Below, in pieces: positions 53,442 to 58,231 of a stretch of 58,231 nucleotides of DNA. The notes under the pieces were generated by a model, which was given only the letters and a program-made list of their open reading frames with translations, was not told where the DNA came from and searched no databases. The position numbers were made by a program, and so were the translations under genes. The DNA comes from Bugula neritina. Its lineage: Eukaryota; Animalia; Bryozoa. Location of the stretch: positions 1 through 58,231 of the forward strand of contig CAXIUT010000180.1 in the NCBI GenBank assembly GCA_964035545.1. The letters are read 5' to 3'. Numbering within the stretch: the first letter of the stretch is position 1; every line of letters begins with the position of its first letter.

Positions 53442-53657
53442 ATGTCTGAGAAAGAAGTATAAAAACCAGAAAACATAGTATAGCCTTTAACTTTTAAAGG
53501 AGAATAAAGGGATCGTTCAGGTGTAGCAGATACAAAATAAGAATATGATCGGATATTATAAAGACTAGATTCTAAGATCAAGAAACCTCTTCATGATTTA
53601 AGATCAATGATTGAAGGATAAATAGAAAGACTGAAAAATGTTTAAAAAGTTTAATGA
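53442..53657 (+). CDS. Small coiled-coil protein
   Basis: 72 codons from ATG to TGA with a coiled-coil pattern. Confidence 0.45.
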
Positions 53658-53876
53658 TTTAAAACAATTATCTTCTCCTCATATTTTTAATCTATTTGAA
53701 GTTTTGAATATTTGCTTTAATTCAAAAATAATTAAATAAAAATGAAAGATAACTTAATGAATCATTCATAGTTTCAACTATTGGATCATATGTGTAATTG
53801 AGTTGATTTTATTTGATTGATTTTTAAAAAGTTGATATAAATTGGAGGCAATATCCATATTAATTAATTAATCTGA

Positions 53877-55106
53877 ATGCGTAGATCAGATAAAAGACCA
53901 TAGGTTGACAAAAACGCAAACTACAAAAACCTGATATCTCAACTCTACGACCGTGACCCTCACCTTTCTGATGTAAAAAACCAAATAAAATCAATAACTC
54001 CAGACATCTAAATTCTGGATGAATTAAACGATTTTTAAAAGAAATTGGACACTCTCATTAAAACGTACTTCTATATAAATAAAGAAAACGATATGATGTT
54101 CAATAAATATTTATGAAACCTCCACAAAAGGTCAAGAGATTGCTTAGAGTAACAATACTAAGATAAAATCTTGAAGGTCAACAATCAATAAAAATGTATG
54201 GATAGATTCATCCTAAAAAATAATAAACTGCAAATAATAAATTTACTTCTTTCTTTCGACATATAAGTGTCATAAACGACAGAGATAAATCTATCATTTA
54301 AAATGTATTTTATAGATTATTTTAGTGGAAAAAACCTGTTAATGCCTTTAATTAAAAAGATGGTGTGATTATTAGATTACCCAATAATGTCTAAGATGCC
54401 CTCACCATATATCTTACACCCATTACTAATCCTCCTAAATTTGCAGTAGATCCTCTACTCTAAAAAATAGTTGGAATGAAATTTGGAACCAGAATTTAAA
54501 TATTAGATGCTTTTTGGCTTTATATTAAAAATAAAAAATTACAAGAAATATAAAATAAATAAATTATCAATGCAGACTAGCTAATCAAACAAGTAAAAAT
54601 TATTATTATTTTAGGCTTTTAAAACTTAAAAACTCACTTTTGCTACCATAAATTCAAGAGTTAGATAAATGATTACTCCTTTGGAACCCATAAAAATCAA
54701 CTTTATTACTGGATAAAATCATAAAACATATGATATCATTGTAGAAATATAAGAAAAACCTAATATCGATATCGTACCTTTTTTTGCACAAAAATTAAGT
54801 GATGATAAAACTGAACATCCCTACCTTTCTCTCATGAGTCGCATCAAAAAGTATTAAAACAAATTCAAAGATTACACTTAGAAACTAAGAAGACATTTAC
54901 AAAAGAGAGAACTTTACAAAAATTTTAAAAGTTAAAGAATTGAAGAAATAATAACAGAACAACATCAACTTTTACAAATAATAAAAAAAGCCGATCCCAC
55001 AGAAGAGTACAATAAACTCTAATACATCCTCAAGAACTAAGATGAACTTGAAAGAGAAGTAAAACATTATTTCTAGAACTTGAACGGACAATCTCGTTCT
55101 GATTGA
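53877..55106 (+). CDS. SMARCD: SWI/SNF BAF60/SMARCD (SWIB domain) subunit; introns 54065-54084 and 54593-54614
   Basis: LNDFEKKLD, KRYDVQE, KRLLRV, KFTSFF, TRIEILDAFWLYIKNKKLQ. Confidence 0.85.
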
Positions 55107-55152
55107 TTATTCGACATAAATATGATTCATTTGAGCATTTATAATATAAATC

Positions 55153-55596
55153 ATGGAATTAAGCTGTCCAAATTGTCTAAAAAACTTTTCATTTCTAGGA
55201 AGCGGACAAGAACCAAGAGTACTTCCATGTGGTGACTCTATCTGCAACGAATGCATCCAAGAAATAGCCACTAACAATCTTAACTTCATGTGTAAATAAA
55301 ATCATATGTAGGCAATAAATGCGGTACTAATATAGAACCAGAATCTCTATTTCCATTGAATAAGTTGTACTATGAAATACAAAATAACCTCAAACAGTAT
55401 CTGAGCAAAAAAATAATATGAAAGTCCTAATTTATCAAAAGGAGGGGACGATGATTTGAGTCGTGAACATCTTCGATATGATGAAAAATGTTTGAATCCA
55501 TTCTGTTTAAGACCGAAATATCATTCTGAAGATAATGCTTAATTATTTTGTTCAAAAAGATGCAAAATAGACCATGAAGAACTGTATATTGATTGA
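55153..55596 (+). CDS. RING-finger protein with C-terminal Cys motif; 20-nt intron 55292-55311 and a frame break at the A7 run 55407-55413
   Basis: CPNC..PRVLPCGDSICNEC..CNKC; downstream CLNPFC..FCSKRC. Confidence 0.7.
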
Positions 55597-55738
55597 ATAT
55601 TGAGTTACACTACTTAAATCATAATAAATAAATTTATAAATAACTAAAAATCTATCTAAATATCCTTGTTTAATGAAATTTTATTCTTATTTCTATGATT
55701 TGATTTTCTTTTTTTATATTTATTGATAGCGCTTTAAA

Positions 55739-57064
55739 ATGTATTTTGATTATTAAACCTTTTATAACACTCAAATTCAAAATTAAATTTCGATGAACAA
55801 TCCCAACAAATCACAAATACAATCATACAAATCAACAAATAAATCGAAAATTCAATCATATCGAGCTTCAAATATTCATCTATAATTTCTTAATCACTGT
55901 GCTACTGTAGTTCAATCCAATTTCAAAGGATATATTCAAAGAAAAAGGTATAGACAATTTTTACCTGTTTACAGAAGGTTCAAATAGATATTATTTGCAG
56001 GATTTCAAGGATGGAAAATAAGAAAAATAATGAAATTGCAGCCCATCAAAAGTTAAATCCAATCTATCAAAAATAAAACACAAAATAAACAAACCAACAT
56101 GGCAAGGATACATAAACGATAACTAATTGATTAAATATAAAGATTAAAAAAGAACGGATAATGGCTAGATATTCAAAAGAAATCAAAAAAGATGAATCAA
56201 AGTTTAAATAGAGAACAAAGCAAATAAAATAACTCAATGTATGGAAATGTCAAATCAAAAAGTTTAAAAAATATATTCAAATAACGTAGTTTCCAAAAAA
56301 CTTATAATACCAGTATTTAAACTAATAAAAAAACTAAAATACAAACTTTTAATACCAGTTCTACTAAAAATAATAAAACCTTATAAACTCAAAAAGCTAC
56401 AACGATTCATTCAACTAATAAAAAAAATAACTTTGATTAAATAGAACTAAAACCGCCTAAAGATTTTTATGCTCTTCTCTAAGAAAAATGCAAAATGAAT
56501 ATGACATAAATATAGAAACCTAAACTAAAATTAAAAAAGAAACAAAACATGAAAATAAAAGTTAAATAAGATGTTAATTAATCTTAATAAATCATATCAA
56601 ATAGTACTCCTATTCATACATAAGTAGATATTTCATAGTATAAATCGTAAAATAACTAATCTTAATGCTGGAAATACTAAAATATTTTTAATAATAGAAG
56701 TACCTTATTGAGTTCTAGTGATAAACAATCAATAATGGAATTAACTACCTTCAAAAAGTTAAAAAGATAAGATTCTACTCATAAATCTCATAAAAGTCAA
56801 CGACTAAAAGTCACCCAAAGAAAAGATAAAGAAGCTAAATGTTAAATCTTATACAATAAGAGTAATCATAGAAGTATATCTAAAGAATATTTTGAACAAA
56901 AAATATAAATTCCAATAGAATAAAGTTGTCTCTTAGAACAAACAAAAACAATAAAAAAGAGAAAAGGATTTACCTGTATTTCACAACTGTTGAAAATATA
57001 CGATTAAACCTATCTCCAGAAAAAAGACTAATTATAACTAAAACTAAAAAATCTATCTATTTGA
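55739..57064 (+). CDS. IQ-motif protein with long low-complexity tail
   Basis: ATVVQSNFKGYIQRKRY and FQGWKIRK; in-frame TGA 57062-57064. Confidence 0.75.
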
Positions 57065-57171
57065 CAAGTTAATCTGATTAATTATTCTTTATTGATTAAA
57101 TGATAAAATAATTAAAAAATAATATCCTACAACACTTGATAATTATTTAAAGCAATTAATTCTTAGCAAAA

Positions 57172-57545
57172 ATGAGACAGTCCCACGCATAAGTCCAACA
57201 ACCCATGATCGCCGAAGAAGATGACTTCAGATAAGAAAGAGTAGCCATCACTAACCTCAAGTTGGCCCTCCTCATCTTCATGACCTATGGATTAATTGTA
57301 GCAATCTACGCCATGAGGTAACTCTTCAATCATCTAGTCAAGCTATCGAACACGTGAAAGGACCAATTAGTGAGGGATACGAAATTGCTGGAGGCATTCT
57401 TTTTGGTCTGTTCATGATCTATGTGATCTGTTTCTGTGTATGCTGGTTTTTCGGATCAAGAAAAAGAGAAGCTCTCAAAAGATAAGTTGTGGAGAAAGCT
57501 ATCGCCAAAGAAAAAGCAATGCAGGCTAAACAAAATTTAGAATGA
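57172..57545 (+). CDS. Small two-TM protein; 20-nt intron 57318-57337
   Basis: 118 codons after splicing; two hydrophobic helices. Confidence 0.75.
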
Positions 57546-57710
57546 TTATCAACAAAATAATTCATATTAATTGTCATCTTAATTAAATCCTACTTCCTAT
57601 TTATCTCTACTATGAAGTTTATTCGATCATAAAGAATATTTAACTTGACAATAATCAATTTTAATTACATTTGAGCTATAATAATAATAAGTAAATTTAA
57701 TAGTGGTTCT

Positions 57711-57959
57711 ATGTCCTGGAGAACATTCAAGCAACGAGTATACGATAAATGGGACAAGAAGATGACAGTCTGGTAGACGTCAGGTTTCAGGATGGCCAAC
57801 AGAATGCACAAATATGCAGTAAATGGACTACTTTTCTACATTGGTTATCAAATATATGACTTTTTAGCTTCATATAATGACCTTCTCCTACACGCAAGAC
57901 AAACCAATAAATATGATTAGCAAGATCTAGAAGGTGTAATCAATAGAGAAGATGAATGA
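57711..57959 (+). CDS. Small single-TM protein, possibly COX14-like
   Basis: 82 aa; ANRMHKYAVNGLLFYIGY resembles the COX14 TM region (weak). Confidence 0.55.
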
Positions 57960-58168
57960 TTTGACATAAATATAACTAAAAATAGATCTATCAATGTTTA
58001 TTAGTATAATCTAATCAATTGTTTGATCAGTTAATATCATCATATATATCTTTTTGATTTCATTAAAATTTAGCTTTTTCTTTTAATTCATTTTTTGTAA
58101 ATAGAATATTATTATGCCAAATAAATATCTTTTCTTAAATATAAACAATAATTAAGGGAAATAATTTA

Positions 58169-58231
58169 GGGGTTGGGGTTGGGGTTGGGGTTGGGGTTGG
58201 GGTTGGGGTTGGGGTTGGGGTTGGGGTTGGG
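58169..58231. repeat. Right telomere (GGGGTT)n
   Basis: Perfect repeats to the end of the window, ending TTGGG. Confidence 0.98.

Noticed and set aside
161-55289. Most ORFs in the supplied six-frame track, especially the F/L/I-rich ones
   Set aside because: Computed with TAA/TAG as stops. They are either fragments of longer genes or antisense shadows of K/E/N-rich coding strands.
55397-55424. 28-nt GT-AG intron that would repair the RING gene frame
   Set aside because: It does not fit the 20-nt consensus. A one-base overcall in the A7 run is simpler.
1-58231. tRNA, rRNA, transposon or IES features
   Set aside because: No cloverleaf-like GC-rich segment, rRNA, transposase/RT motif or terminal inverted repeat was recognised by eye. 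A tRNAscan-SE/Infernal run would be needed to exclude small RNAs.

Overview
This 58.2-kb, very AT-rich window is a telomere-to-telomere ciliate macronuclear chromosome, with (C4A2)n at the left end and (T2G4)n at the right. It carries about 45 tightly packed protein-coding genes. The supplied ORF track is largely meaningless because the organism uses a non-standard code. TAA and TAG sit at invariant glutamate positions (MetAP metal ligands, kinase APE, BAF60 'DVQE'), and TAA interchanges with GAA between paralogs. TGA is the only stop. This is the peritrich-type code (NCBI table 30), so the organism is most likely a peritrich oligohymenophorean (inference). Introns are almost all exactly 20 nt, GTA-N11-A-NN-HAG, with a near-invariant A at -6. 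Three internal G-strand telomere tracts (7291-7377, 38763-38843, 42865-42933) share the start and end register of the true ends. One lies in frame inside the last codons of a 3.5-kb gene, whose stop codon is on the far side of the tract. Another splits a tandem membrane-protein family. Recognisable genes include MetAP1, a Ser/Thr kinase, guanylate kinase, B9D1, a GAPVD1-like RasGAP-VPS9 protein, a CDP-alcohol phosphotransferase, SAXO/FAM154, HEATR6-like, BAF60/SMARCD, and U-box, RING, STPG, LRR and IQ proteins. Several single-base frame breaks at A/T runs suggest residual long-read indel errors. All gene models were translated by hand; no database searches were run.
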